Of a stretch of 64,000 bases of DNA, positions 26,111 through 40,174 are shown in pieces. A program made the translations under genes and the position numbers. Position 1 is the stretch's first letter. The number at the start of each line of letters is the position of its first letter. The notes under the pieces are model-generated. The model was not told the DNA's origin. It saw only the letters and a list, made by a program, of their open reading frames with translations, and searched no databases. This DNA is from Phoronis australis (taxonomy: Eukaryota; Animalia; Phoronida), in the NCBI GenBank assembly GCA_002633005.1, contig NMRA01000002.1:2452369-2516368 (forward strand), written 5' to 3'.

Positions 26111-27167
26111 ATCCAGATTTGTGAGTAATTCCGAAAAGTCTCCCGTATTTTTTCTGCCAATAAAAGCCGTCATCTTTGTACAAGTTTGGACAATCACACA
26201 GTTCTGTGTAAATAATGCTTGACAGTTAATTTAACCCCATCAGATAAACACAAGCTGTACGAGGTAATCCAGGCATTGTATTAGATGACTGAACAGGCTT
26301 TAGATCACTGTTTGAGTACATTTGAAGGGAAACCATCTGACTTTTTGTTGTCAAACCGTTGACACTGTCCTCTCTTTTCTTGGTGATGAGTTGCCAAAAC
26401 GTTGCGTCTGTGTGTATTGTGTTCAGTATTAAAATATGAAGTTTTCAGAACTGAGCTGCACTGGTTATGAGATTTTTGGTAACACTTATGCTAAGAAGTT
26501 CTTAAAACTAAGGTAGCCATCAAAAACATGTAAGGATGTGTCCACCAACATCACCATTAATCCAATGAGATGCGTCGAAAATTCGAAGTGCCATGTGTTA
26601 ACAGTACGCGAGTTATTTTCGTTGATCGACAACAGATGGCACACGAAAGCTAAAGGTCACAGACGAGCGGACGTGTTATAGGGTGACAAAGGAATAATTC
26701 AATGGTTCCACTGTATTTAGGTCGTTGCTTAATAAAATAATTGGGCCTCGGAAATCTAAACCATGGGCCAAGAGATTGCAACCGTTTGGAACACGTTAGT
26801 AGAGATTAAAAAAAATGAAAGGCGAATGCTATTTAGGTAAATCACACCATTAAGCTTAAGGAAAACTGATATGAGGTTATAAATATGCCTATGTGTAACA
26901 TGACGTTAGAGGTCCGAGATCATTGGCTGTACCTCCGAATGTTTGATACTAATTGGATAGTACTGAATGAAAATTACTTAGCTAATGGTGGCATTTGACC
27001 TCTTTTGTCTTCAGCTAACCCAAATGGTGAAAATGTACAAAAAGCCTGTTCTAACAATGGTTAGGGTACATGATTTGGAAGACTGGCTCGAAGTGAGAAC
27101 AGATCAGGAAAATGAGCATCTTTGCATCGCCCTCGTATAAATCGCCTTGCATATACATGTAGGTATC

Positions 27168-27251
27168 CATAGGCGGAGCAGCACTGAAATAAGTGGAGGC
27201 TATAGTCCCCTCCCCCCACCCCCGGCCTATATATATGGTGCGCCGCCCATG
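27168..27251. mobile_element. Short MITE family 3 monomer
   Basis: gtatc|cataggcggagcagcactgaaataagtgg ... tgcgccgcccatg|gtttc (5-bp TSD, 1 mismatch). Confidence 0.7.
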
Positions 27252-28281
27252 GTTTCTGAATGTAATAACCCACAGTTATCGTCACGTACGTTATATAACA
27301 TATATTTATGTAGCGTAGGTGTTGTAACAACTAGGATGGGCATAACTTTTTAATCTTACATGTGAATTGGGGATCATTTTGACGAGCCTTTTTATTATGG
27401 AGAAAATTCATCCAAAGACAAACCTCACACTATTAACGTCTTAAAAGACTTTTTGACATTTAACAGCGCGATCACACAAGTATCGAAAACTTGTGTCGAA
27501 GAGCGTAGTGCCTTACATATGTTCATCTCACCAGAAAGCATTTACCCTGCTCATAATTAGCTGGGCACAGCTTCATCATGACAGCGCCATAAGAGCCAAT
27601 GGGTTTCTGAGGCTGAGCGTGTAGTGTGCCATGGATGCGTATCTTGCTCTGAAAATCAGCATCGTGCGCGGCAACCTGTTGTCTATGACAGGCAAAAAAG
27701 CCTCTTTTCCGCCTCCAGCGTGCAATAGACTTTGTGCACAGTCAAGTTCCTGACTGAGTTAACTTCTTAATTAATTTGAAATGATGTCACTAGAGTTGAC
27801 TGGTCATCAGTGTTGAGCACATGAATAACTCAATCCGAATTAGCACTTGCGCAATGATTTATGAACGTTACCAAGAACTGAATGTGTCATGGATTTAAAA
27901 GTAAATAGCATTATTGTAATGAGAAAACTGATCTGAAATAATTTACAAAACGCCTTACAAGTTGTTGGACCAGGTCAATTGAATGTCAAGCCGTTTCAGT
28001 TACCATGGAAATATACAGCTAGTGGGTATCGCCGCACACCAGTTAATCCAAACACATTATTTTGTAAAATTTTCTATTTCAAAAATGCCCTCGCCTGGAT
28101 ATTTGAATCTGAAAAGAAAATTTTCCGGCTGATGTGATGCTACAGTGCATTTTTTATTTCTCAGCAGATGTTCCAGACGTACATGTTAGGAATAAACATC
28201 CAGGTCATTAACACAATGAGATCGACTAAATGGCCTCGACTGGAATTTGGGGGCACTGCGTAAACAGAACCATGCCTCGTA

Positions 28282-28523
28282 CTTGCGCACACCCACCCAA
28301 AAAATGGGGAACTCGAATTTTTGAGAATGTGGACCTTCACTAAGATTCATGGGGTACGTTCAGAGCTATGAATTGTGCCTTCGTCGAATTTTGGTAGTTC
28401 CTGCCTTTTCAGTGGACTTTTGTGGTTCTGCCTACTTTTTTGGAGTTTCTGTTTCTCTGAGGCGGACATTTTAGTCCACTTCGCCAACCCCCCACTCCTC
28501 CCCCCCCCGTCCGGTGCGCGTAC
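28282..28523 (-). mobile_element. MITE family 2 copy
   Basis: Internal ttcagagctatgaattgtgc...tctctgaggcggac; flanks tcgta/tcgtg. Confidence 0.75.
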
Positions 28524-29716
28524 TCGTGGTATTGTCAGGAATAAACATCCGGGTGTGACGTCATCAAAACAATGATAGGGCAGCCAAGCGACAAGATGGC
28601 TTTGACTGGAATTAGAGGGCATCATGCATGAATAAGCATGGGTCGTAGTATGTTTGAATACCTGTATAAGAGATGTCTGCTTCTTACGTCGTGAAATTGC
28701 CGCTTGTTGACAGTTGTGCCCTTCGTCAGTCTGTTCTTCAAAAGTTTGGGTTCCTTGAAGACGACGACTCTGCAGGAATTGCTTTAGAATAGCCCGTTAA
28801 TTCCCATGTCATACACGCTAACCAACCACGTTTACAACCCCGGCATCTCACTCTAGTTGATTCCAAGTAAATGTTACCCCAGTGCGCTTCAACACACTTG
28901 CAAACCTAACGACGGCTGAACCAATACTATATTCAAGGTCACTTCACAATGAATTAATAAAGCGTTGTAGGCCGTGCACCGCAGCCCAAGTCTTCGTGGG
29001 CCATTTAAGTGTAACGTGACGCGCTTAATTACGATCGCAAATACGACCGCAAGATTTCGCTAGTGTTTTACGAACATTAATCATTATATTATTCAATGAG
29101 GAATAGCGGAGTTACAACCGAATCGATTTAACGATTGCGCATGCCCGGAAATTATGGTGCGCAAAGGCTATTGGGATTGATTAGGGTATGTGGAATCGTA
29201 TCTACATGTATGGTGGAATGGCCGATTGGTTTGCACGACGTGTGATTTCCGTGCATTAAACTACGCTGCTGTATGTAATTATGTCGCTATTCGCCCTAAT
29301 AAGTGCCCCAACGCCTTTTCAGACTTGCTAAAGTAAGCGCCCAGCCCATGAACTACATGCGAAAAATTCCTTACCCACAGTTCTAACGTCTCCAATTTAT
29401 CAATTGAAAGATCCGACAGTCCTGAATTTGTAGACTACGAGCCTCACCGTGTCCGTATAAGCTTCAAACTTGCACCGCGATTCAAAAAGAACGCAAAAGT
29501 TTTGCTGCTCTTGCAAGGGATGTGCCCCACGTCTACGCGGGTCTGGACTTTGAAAACAGACGCAGCGTACTCAGTTGTCAGCGGGATTGCATTGTTTCTT
29601 TCCGGTACAGATCTTCTCAGTCGATACGATTAATGGATATGCGCCTTAGTTTGGATGTCTTCTCTTGCAGCTTCGAGTGTGGCTACGAAGCCCAGCTCCC
29701 TCCCTCCCTCTCTCCC

Positions 29717-29748
29717 NNNNNNNNNNNNNNNNNNNNNNNNNNNNNNNN
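29717..29748. other. Assembly gap (Ns) within a CT-rich low-complexity tract
   Basis: Run of n flanked by ccct/ctct repeats. Confidence 0.95.
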
Positions 29749-31290
29749 TCCCCCCTCCTTCCCCGCCTCTCTCCCTCCCTTTCTCACAGATGGATTCAAA
29801 GGAGCCGCAAGGCCCATAAAATTTGACACCACTGTAAGCAGCATCGCATTGTTTGAACCAGTGACTGTGTTACTTGCCTGTTGGTTAAATCAAACTTTCT
29901 GGTATCCAACCAATTACCGTTTCTAACTTACTAAGTAATAGCTGGCTTTTGTTTTTTAAATCTGCACCCACTTGATTTTTTACCGTAATAGAATATGTAC
30001 ACATAACGTCACTATATATTTAATCCATTCAACACCGCTTAATTTTTTGTAAACTTGAAGTAATGCCCCGTTTATAATATGAACACTTCCAGAGATGTAA
30101 ATTTAATCCTTTTTGAACATCCACGTCGACCTCTTCAGTGTTCGTAACCTTGCAGGGTTTGGTGAAGTTATTACCATCAAATACAAAATAGGCGAACTTG
30201 TAAAATATTTTCACTAAGTTTGCAAAAAATTATATCAACTTCAATTTTTAGAAAATTGGTATTATTTCTTTTTTACTCAGAAATGTCCGTACCAGTGTTT
30301 CCAGTTTAGTTATTCTCCTCATCCACCGTTACTCCACTGATGATTTCCTGCCTCAAATCACGACAAGTACGTCAGGCTACCGTTATTCTCGTCTTCATTT
30401 TCTCAAGTCCTGTCCCAACGTCATCCCGCCTCAATATTCTTGGGCAATTTATTCCACGCTTCGGGGATAACCGGTTCCGTTGTGAAACGGGTGTCACTCC
30501 AATTTTTTTCAGATGGTCAGAAATTATTTGTTGGCCACCTCTTGAATATTGTAGCAAAACATTTACGTTCGCCAATAATCATGTGACCTGACAATTTTTC
30601 TTCGTGTACTTACATCCGAGTGCTTATACCCCTGATGTATAGCGAACATCCAACAACGGTGCTTATTGGAGATTTAGAAACAAACTTCACGGCTTTTTGA
30701 GTCACCAACCAGTCTCAGACAGATATTTGCAGCATCCCATGAAACAATGTATCCGTAGCACCTTCTAACTCTTCAATGTCGGCAATGTATGTTCGCCACT
30801 GGCTGATGAACAGGTCTGGATAACTCATAACCTTGTTTTCCGCCAACATTGCCACGTGCCATGGGTGTAGCCGGCTCCAGTCGTTTCATCGTGTAACCAA
30901 AATAATTGTCAAAAGCATTCCCACATTTTAAGACGCATACTTTAGTAAAAAACAGACGTCCTGCTCTCCTAATATAAACTTAATTTAGCAAGAGGCGACG
31001 TTGTATGCCGATGCCACCTATTCAGTAAATTACAAGTTCCAGTATTGGGAAAGAGGGCAAGATCATATTATTTCATTGACACAAAAAAATCTACAGTTTT
31101 CCATTTTTCATATTCCAGTCTTTTTCGTATTGATAACGAACAATGCAAGCATTCGGAAGATATTCTCGTAGATTTCCCTCGCTCTCTGCGAGGTGAGCGT
31201 TACATGCGCACCTGACGAACTTAGTCACTCTGCCAATCATTCTCTACTATCAGTTATAGCTGGAAATGCGACCTGCGAGTGATGAGAATA

Positions 31291-31362
<72 letters not shown>
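31291..31362. repeat. (ATG)24 microsatellite
   Basis: Perfect trinucleotide run, part of an insertion flanked by a 17-bp direct repeat. Confidence 0.95.
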
Positions 31363-31363
<1 letters not shown>

Positions 31364-32617
31364 CAAACGACACACTGATTTCTGTGTGTGGGCATTAATG
31401 TGAGTGATGAGAATAATGCTCTTGCTTATGCACGCATGTACATGCCATTATCTTTACTGAGTTGTAAATTAAGTATAGATGTCATACAAAATATTTTCAG
31501 TTGCTTAAGCGGTTATAAACCCGGGTTTCGTACAAAAAAACGAACTTTGATTTATTACCGCTGAAAAAGTGGTCTCAAGTTTTGGTTACCCAGAAGAAAA
31601 ATGATTTTCGGGTTTGTAAAGAACCTGACGGTAGGTATTCCTCAAAATGACCTGAAGACCACGGTCGGCGCATAAAATGACAAACACCTTTTCGAGAAAC
31701 ACGGCCCTGAGCGTATTAAGCAATTTGCCAAATATATCATGTCTGATTTTGAACTTAGAAACCATCGCATTTATGGTAGGCATACATCTGAGTTGTGTGG
31801 TTAAAGTGACTAATAAGCCCAACTGGGCTGGGTACTTATCTTTATTACGAATGTTATTCCTATAACTGTTTGAATTAATTGTTCTTGTCACTATAATAAA
31901 CAAATACAATATAATACAATACAATACAATACAAGGAGTTTCAAAAAGACACCAGTTTTGACAGGGTGTGCCAACCCACCAATCGGGCCACTTTAAGCCG
32001 AGTCAATGCCAAGTGGCACTTCAAACTCTTTTGATTATAGCCTACAATTGCTTTATAACATATCGACGGAAACTTCGAGAGAACTTTGTGCTGAGAATCA
32101 ATGTTGTGATTTGCATTTCAGGTTGTATTTTTAAAAGAAATGCATATTTATCATTCCCAGCTGAAGTCACCTTTCCTGAACAAGGAGTCAATATTTAGAT
32201 CGTTCATTTTTTGACTTTCGTTCCATGACTATTTTTTTAACCTTATCCACTAAGCGTAGGACAGAAATGCTTAGAAAATATGATCAGAAATTTCTTTTTC
32301 TGAGCTCATGCAAGCATGAAATATTTCCATGTCCTCAATTTCTAGAAATTAGTATCGAAAAGTAGATGGTTCACATAGTGTTTCGAGGATTTCACTTTTA
32401 GAGTGCAAAATGAGCTACAACACCTTTTGAGGTGACCGGCTTGGTCCACTCGCTTTTGAGTAGTCTCTCATATCGCAACATTATACATCTACCTGTAGGT
32501 CGGCTTAAGTAGTGTTCAGTTTATAAGGCTTTGAATTTTACAAAGTCTCACTTATCAAGTATTAAAATTGAATGCACGATCATTTTGGACTGTAGCTTAG
32601 TATTCTCCCTTACAACA

Positions 32618-32745
32618 AATGCGCGCACCCAGGGAGGGGCTCGGGGGGNTTTGGCGAAGTGGGCAAAAAGGTCCGCCTGCGAGAAACAAAATGTCCGAGA
32701 AAATGAGACAAAAGTCCACTAAAAAACGCGCAAGTCACAGTGGTG
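32618..32745 (+). mobile_element. MITE family 2 truncated copy
   Basis: atgcgcgcacccagggagggg...aaaaggtccgcc...gagacaaaagtccac. Confidence 0.7.
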
Positions 32746-35249
32746 CTCCCGTTTTTTTTTATTTTTTTTTTTTAGTCCTGTTACCAAAGGTCGAGGGGCA
32801 CTGGATTACTTTTTGTTCGAGCTGTTGTCGCGAACAATTAAACAGTTAAATTACTATTTGCTGAGAGTCTCTAGTTTACACTTTGCTTGTACAATGTAGT
32901 TGTTCAAACATGATACATGGATTTATGAAGCTTTGAAAAAATGCATATTTTTCTACCTGAAATAGCCATTTTTTGCTACTACACAAGACTTGTCATCTTT
33001 TGTAGCAATGCCACAGCTTAGTGATCATGCTACGTTAAAAATTAACCGAAAGCTACCTTTATGTGAAGTTCGTCAGGAGGCTTAACTTAAATGTTTAATG
33101 GTGCAATTGCTGTCAACTTCAGTGCATAGATTTGCCTTGGACACAGCCCTAGACATACCGTAGCTGTAACTGCTTGCCTAGGACAAGATGAGTGTGTACC
33201 CGAACTATGAACCTGAGTTTTTTAATCAAAATATTTTGCTTGATGATTAGAAAGGCATAAACAGTGCCATCGACTCGACCAGCTTATTTACTCGGGGAAT
33301 CTTACTTTTCATTTGGTGGAATTTAGCTGGCGGCAGAATAAAAATATCGATGAAACTTTACTGTTTTTGTTCAAAATATCATGAAATCTATGATATGGCA
33401 TAGGTAATTACGACTTTCAGGTACATACCCAACTTTAAATGAACAAATCGCATCAGTGGCCTTATCATTTGTCAGGGGAAGGTGAACAGCGTGGGGTTCT
33501 TCGGATTTTGGCTGACTACGAAATACTCTTCCTCGATAACTTGTTTTTTCATCATCGCCTTTAGAAATTCTCAGTCACATAATGAACCCCGGTACAATTC
33601 TCTGCTCAAAAGCAACGGCTGTTGTCCGTCTTCGTCGAAACACTGAGCGATTCCATCAGGAACGTCGGTTAGCGACAGTGTATTTGCCTCCGACATCTTG
33701 TGTATTAGTCGGGTGCCACACGACTTTTTGCACGGTGGCGCAGCTTACGATAGGTCAATTTTACCAGCTAGTCCCAACCTTGGCTACCCCCGGTCGCCCC
33801 CTGAATCACATGGCATTAGTCTTCCATGTCACGCGAATTCTCCAGCACGACCAGTCACCCCGCCCCACTAATTTGTTCACGTTTCTGAAGTAAAATGAGT
33901 GCAAAACTGCAAGGGCTACGTTCAAGGTGAGTGTCCGAAATCGCTTTTGGTAAAGTTATATGACTAAAGGCTTTCACTATACATTCACGAGACCACACGT
34001 ACCACATAGCCGAAGTCAAGCTGGCAATTAGCGCCGCCCTCAGGCAGTTTCACAAGCGGACCACCAATTGAATCTGGGAACTTGACGAAAACCTTCACGG
34101 CCTCAACACACATGCAGTATAAGCTACATATAAAGTTTAGAAGTGGTGGTGCAAAACCTCTGGTTAAAAGGATACTAAACCCTGATTTAATGATTTCAAC
34201 CAATCCTCGTTGTGTCAACTGTTTTAAACGTGCCATTGGCGTCAATCTTGAAAGATAAAAACAGAAATTAACAAAAAATCACACTCCCTGTCATAGACTG
34301 GATATTATGGTTCTTGCTGGGGGGTCTTTCTTCACAGTTGTCGTGTAATCCACTAAAACCGTAGGTCACGCTTGCCCGTTCAGCAGACATCAAGTTTTCA
34401 ACATTTCCTCCAAACTTTTCAGACTTGTAAAGGTTTATTTTGTTTCAGAGAATTGGATGGAAAAGTCGTTTTAAATATCTGTTAATAGGCTGAAAAATGG
34501 TTTGGTATCCTTTTAATACCGGAGTCGCTCCCTCGTTATTCTTAGGCACAACTGCCATTCGCCCCAGGTTTCCTTGTTGCCACACCGAATTTCAGCCCCC
34601 AGGCCAGTCGTGACCCAACCTTTGGTGGCCGTCGCGATAGACCCGTTCTGTTTAGGAAATTGACTGCAGGGCGATTTTCTATCAGAGATTCCAGATTTGT
34701 TTCCACCAAACTTCCGGATGATAAAATAAAAACAAAGATTGGTTTTGATTGAATTAAATCGAGCATTTATTGTCATAATGTAGGCTTACTCACGCTTAAG
34801 TAGGCGTACTCGGTATCGTGTCATTTTTTACGCCTCGGTCATTATCAGATTTGTGGACGCTGAAAAAACAACGTATTGACCTTGCTGAAAGTAATAATTT
34901 TACTGTGGGGTAACTAACTCGACGTCGTCTTATCTTGAGGTCACCGAAGGTTATGTAGGACCTTATCGATTTGTCGGTCTATTTACCAGCCAAATGTCTA
35001 TAAATCTGTTGATTTTAACTCGTTAAAAGTACATATTTTCTGAAAGTAGAGAGCCTGAAAGATTTAATTTTTTACTTCATACCAATGTGTTGTTGATTAC
35101 CGTGGTGTGCAGATGTAAGCGGTTTTGTTCAGGGTACTCACACACAAATGAGAGGGAAACTGCACAAGACGAGTATCATTTAGCTAGCTACCTGTAATAT
35201 GAGTGAGCCAGTTTTGAATATGAACTCATCCTGGCCGGAGTGGGCGTGT

Positions 35250-35700
35250 CGGGTATATTGCTCGGTGCACGGATGCACAACATCGTCCTTGGGTGAAATG
35301 AATGTCTACTTGGCCATTGACAGACACACACGTGATCTACTGTAGTGAGGGAAACTGCCCTTGGTGACACTGCAAGGCAGTGGGTGTCTACCCTAAATGT
35401 ATTTGGAGCATCGGCAGCGCCATTGGCTTGTTATGAAGAGAGGCCGGTGTCTGCTTCCAATGAAATTGAGTCTGGGTAGGCACTACACAAAGGCCAAGGG
35501 AGTTCCAGATTTGCTGACTCCGTGAAAGAGTTTTTAGTTGACGGGAACGTTTGCAGCTGGGTAAAGAACTGGTGTCAGGTGTACCCCTGAAGTCAGCGAA
35601 GGATGGCCAGAAACATATTTAAACGAGATGACTGGACACCAGAGTCCAGATCAAAGGTTTCTGGCATGGCTGCGTCATCAACTGCTGGGTACGGAGACTC
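35250..35700 (+). pseudogene. Decayed transposon-derived ORF (C2H2-like finger followed by GWAL...RF...F..G.RTG motif block)
   Basis: YCSVHGC...AIDRH.RDL/VRETALGDTARQW...SG*ALHK...RFADSVKEFL/FAAG*RTGVR...IFKRDDW, with stops and frameshifts. Resembles C-termini of transposon-associated proteins of aquatic invertebrates; superfamily (possibly Sola-type) not certain. Confidence 0.45.
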
Positions 35701-35766
35701 GCAAACAGTGGAGGGAGAAATCTTTTAAGTCACGTGATTACATATGGAGTTATGGAAAAGGTGGTT

Positions 35767-36824
35767 CAGGGCTCGACGCTAGTAAAATCGCCAGGTCACA
35801 TTTTGCGACCTAGCCAAAATCCCAGGTCGCATTTTAAAAATCCAGCTCGCGTTTGTAAATGCCAGGTCGCAAAATTTCCCCGCCATTTTACGCGCCAAAA
35901 TTGATTTTTTAGATCATCGAGAAAATGTTTAGAATATGCTCTTACCTGCAGCGTTAAATACTCACAAATTTCAGATCGCAAAATTGACTTCGTTCATGCA
36001 GGTACGGCGTTACTGTTCTTCACGACCGCCATTGAAAGGCTCTAGAGCGCAAGGCAAGTTGCCGACGTGAAAGTTGAATCAGTGCTCTCTAACTGAAACG
36101 TACATTCGAGTAGCTAAGTTTTGCGATGTGAAAAGGGAGAAGTGTCCGTCGAAAAAGTATCTGGGATTTTGCTAGGTCTGACCTGCTACTGGCTGTCATC
36201 AAAGTCGTTAAAGATTCAAACTAACTCGGAGTACAAATTCCCTCCACTTTTTGTTCGCAGCCCAAATTTTGCAATTTAACTCGACGTTTGAAAGACATCT
36301 GACGAAAAAAATCCGTGAAACGATGCCCTAACCAAATAACCTATTTGGATGCGTGCGAAAAATTCAGTGCAAATTTCACAACAAAAATGTGGTTCTTATG
36401 ATGTTTACGTACTCAACAATTAGTTTTCCATGAAATGAATAGCCTCGAAATAATTCCCGACTCCCTCCGTGCGGTTTCCCATCGGGTAATGGCGAGTTTG
36501 CTCCTCAGTACCTTCCAAGTACGGGAAAAATAGGTCAGTCACAAAACGAAACGCATGTCACTAGTGTTAACTTTCTTTCGATTCTGCATATTTCATGTTC
36601 ACGCGACTTCCTTGCAGGTCATCGAGAGGGCTGTTCTCGGTTAGTGTTCTTTTGAGTTGCTTTATATTTGCCTGGTATATGCCGAGAATTTTAAAACTCA
36701 GCTCGCATTCATTGTAAATTCCAGGTAGCATTTTGCGACTTGATACGACCTGACAAAAATCTCATTTCGCATTTTCAAATTTCCGGTCGCAAATGCGACC
36801 TGCAGCTCGTTATGTCGAGCCCTT
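35767..36824. mobile_element. hAT-like non-autonomous DNA transposon (~1.06 kb)
   Basis: Termini CAGGGCTCGAC ... GTCGAGCCCT with subterminal TGCGACC/GGTCGCA repeats at both ends; no clear TSD. A similar right end occurs near 12220-12230. Confidence 0.7.
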
Positions 36825-39800
36825 AAGACCTACAGTACTACTGGGAAATTCTGTCAACACCATTTTCTGCTGGTTGATTGTCGAGGTCGAGAAACTCCAC
36901 AATTCTTTATTTATGTTGTACATTAGTAAATTTTTATTTGTTCAGTATTATTTATCGTCACATGAATTTATCCTTCTGTGAAAAGAAGGAACAATAGACA
37001 AAATGTTTTAACTTAAAATCTTCGTTACCTTACGGGTTGAAATTTACAGAAGCACCTTTTTCGCTCAATTGAGAATCTGACGATACCAACAAAACACTCA
37101 TCAGATACATGAATATGTCAATATCAATATGGTGTAGAAAATATGTTGCAAGCTCGCCATCTGTTGGCCACATCACGTGACATAATGAATATATCAAGAG
37201 ATAGTTCTTGACAGATATGACGACGTACAGTTTCTAAAAATGCCCGTTACACATACTTGGGAAAGACCAAGGTCATTGGATCTATAATTACATCCTCCAG
37301 CACATACATACAGTCACGAGCTCTTACTGTACATGTATTATCAACCTCTGTGGCAAAGATTACTGCTTTGTAAAGAATACCCTACCTTCAAGTATTTGAT
37401 TGCAAGAATCAGGGCCACTGTGAATATTTTTGTGCTCATGTCATTTTTTTTACTCCACCGATAGATTTTCTGAACAGAAGGACCACATCCCCAGCCCCCG
37501 CAACTTCTAGGCCTGTTCATATGCAATCGTGCTTTGCCCGATNCCACTGCATGTTCACATAAAGGGAAGTAGGGCGTTTTATGCAGAGCAACATTCACGC
37601 TTGTTGTACGAGATCCAATGTCTAACAAAGGCAGCTTATTGGGTGCACGCTGGTCCAGATGACCCATCTTATAAACGGCGAAAAAATGTTTAACATGCAG
37701 TCAAGGTTCTTTCCGGCATGTGGCAGTTTAACCAGACATCATTTTGTACAATTAGTTAGGCTAAAACGTACTGTAATTGAATTAAATAACTACACAACTC
37801 TTAGAAAAATCACAAATATTTAACATATAAATTCATAACCCAAACCCATTAGCCTGTTGGAAGGCAATAGCTATATGTTTTCTAGTTATATACTATACCC
37901 TGATACAGTGTATTCTAGGAACTAGTCTAGGTAACACTGTTTTCTACACCCTGGTCCCGCTGAATTAGTATAATCGTGTTTTATAATTTATGAACGGGAC
38001 AATTTTTCCCCAAGAACCTCAACAATGCATCCTCACTGTCTCTCTTGCCGCATCCCCTTCGCACTATTGCCCCGGCTGCCAGACTACAGAGAAAAATCCA
38101 TAAATTTAACAGACCCCACCACAATACCACCTTCTTGAATGGTCTTCCGATGGATACAAAACCCCTGATTTAAGAAAAAAAAATAATTATCACCTTCCAA
38201 CCCACTTACTTACACAAAATGTGATGTTTCTGGTGTTTGCTTTACAATCAATGTACCTGAGCAGCCAAATAGTGCAAGGTTTACTCAGTAAAAGTACACG
38301 TTAACCCATATAAGCTGACAAATGAGACCAAACTTTTGACTTTGTATAAGTACTATAAACCAGCTCAGTACTACTGAATCATACTGGTTTCATAATCACA
38401 AATGCTCATACATGTACCATTTGCTCGATTTCTCATTGTTAATGGCCAGAATCGGCCCCTTTGAAATTCGCCAAAATTCTCAATGTTTGAATAGCCACCA
38501 CTAAGTAATAAAATGTCTGTTTACATATCCAACGTGGGTCTTAAGGTCAGATACATTCACAGGAAAAAACCGTAGTGTTTCCCGAATTTGATGATGTTTC
38601 GATATTCTTGCAAAGTTGGCATCTGAAATACACGTAAGTGTCGAAAAGGCCATTTTCAGTGCAAGGTCAGCATTAAAACGAGGGTTGGGTCAAATTATCC
38701 AAGGTGACTCATCAATGCATATCTCAGGGGTAACCTAACTCTTTATACAGTTTCACAAAAATCTGTGGCGGTCGATGCAGAGCCACAGCCAATATTGTAT
38801 AAAATACGGTGTCATGGTAATGGGATAAGCCATTTCTGAGATATGCTGTTTCAAACTTTGGACATTTTACCAGATTCTTACATATCTTTAAGTCTCATGC
38901 ACAATACACTTACAAGACATACAAGCATGTAAAACAGCTAACTCGAAGCCACCTTTGCGCCGCCTTAGCATAAGCTTACCTTAACTTGCATTCAAAAGTC
39001 GTTGTACCTCAAGTGGCCTCCAACTCACCTTAGTGCCACCTTATCTCTGAAGTGTTGGAAAAAAACAGTCGCGTGATGTGATTACTAATTCGTCGTTCTT
39101 TCTATGAACATTTTTTATATTGTTGTGGACTTACTTTCAATGTTATTACTATAACAAAGACTGCCATATTATCAATATTCAAACTGTTATTTCTATTTTA
39201 ATAACTATTATTATTATTATTGTTATTGTTATTGTTGTTGCTGCTGCCTTTTATTACCATGAATGCGCGTTTTTAGGTCCATGTGCCTACATCCGCATTC
39301 TCCAATTTGTTCGGTTCAAATGTGTTACGGTAATGTTTGAAGCTGCACTTACTTGCGGTGCTTAGGCACACGTCCAGCTCTAGCACACCGGCCCACTAAT
39401 ACATGTATACGTGCGGCAATTATTTGGGTTCTCTTGACGACCTTGTGAATAGGCATTGTGTTTTGTTCCGTAAAATTAACCTTGCGGCGTTTAAATTCTA
39501 CTGCGGTTCAGACAAGCTTTTTCGGATTCTTGTACTTCAAACGAATCAGTAGCCGCTTATTGTTGAAGCGAGTATGGAAAAAATGTCACCGCTGCCACGA
39601 TAGCCAAGAGCTCTATTGCTATGGCTTTGGATCAGTGACATCCAGCACGTGAACATGGATTTCACACAAAGCAAAGGAAACGAAACCCAAGACCACCTCA
39701 AAGAGGGTCACAAACAAATGCATTTCAAGGGCGGGGTAGCCGTTCAAAGCATTACATGTATTTTATGTACACTGAAAAAGTTGATATCCACTAGGTAATA

Positions 39801-40034
39801 TTCAGGATAAGCAGTCCTCTTACGTTACATGAATAGATAAAGAACATAAAGCTGCTCCCCCTTGGGAGACGGATCCAACATGACCTACACTACAACTGAA
39901 TGCATGTCTTCACACTTTTACCGAGTAAGTTTTTAGTTCCACATTCTGTATTGTCGTCCGTTAATGACAGTTACATCGATGATGGTTACTGGTGATGAGC
40001 ACGGCAGCAGCAACAGAAATTGCTATCCTCCAAC

Positions 40035-40174
40035 TCAATGTGGACTCATCTCCCTCTTTTGGCGATATTTCTTCACCAGCGGTACAACTAGTAAAAAACA
40101 GCTGCTGCCAGCTGTAATGGCTCCAGCGACAACGAAAGGCATAACGTATGAGCCTGTTGTGTCATATAACCAAC
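40035..40174 (-). CDS. SLC16/MCT copy B, coding exon 6 (last)
   Basis: cttcag|GT TGG TTA TAT GAC; GWLYDTTGSY..PFVVAG; stop at 40035. Confidence 0.92.

Noticed and set aside
30029-30920. Several short minus-strand ORFs that look like decayed coding sequence
   Set aside because: No recognisable motif or consistent exon chain.
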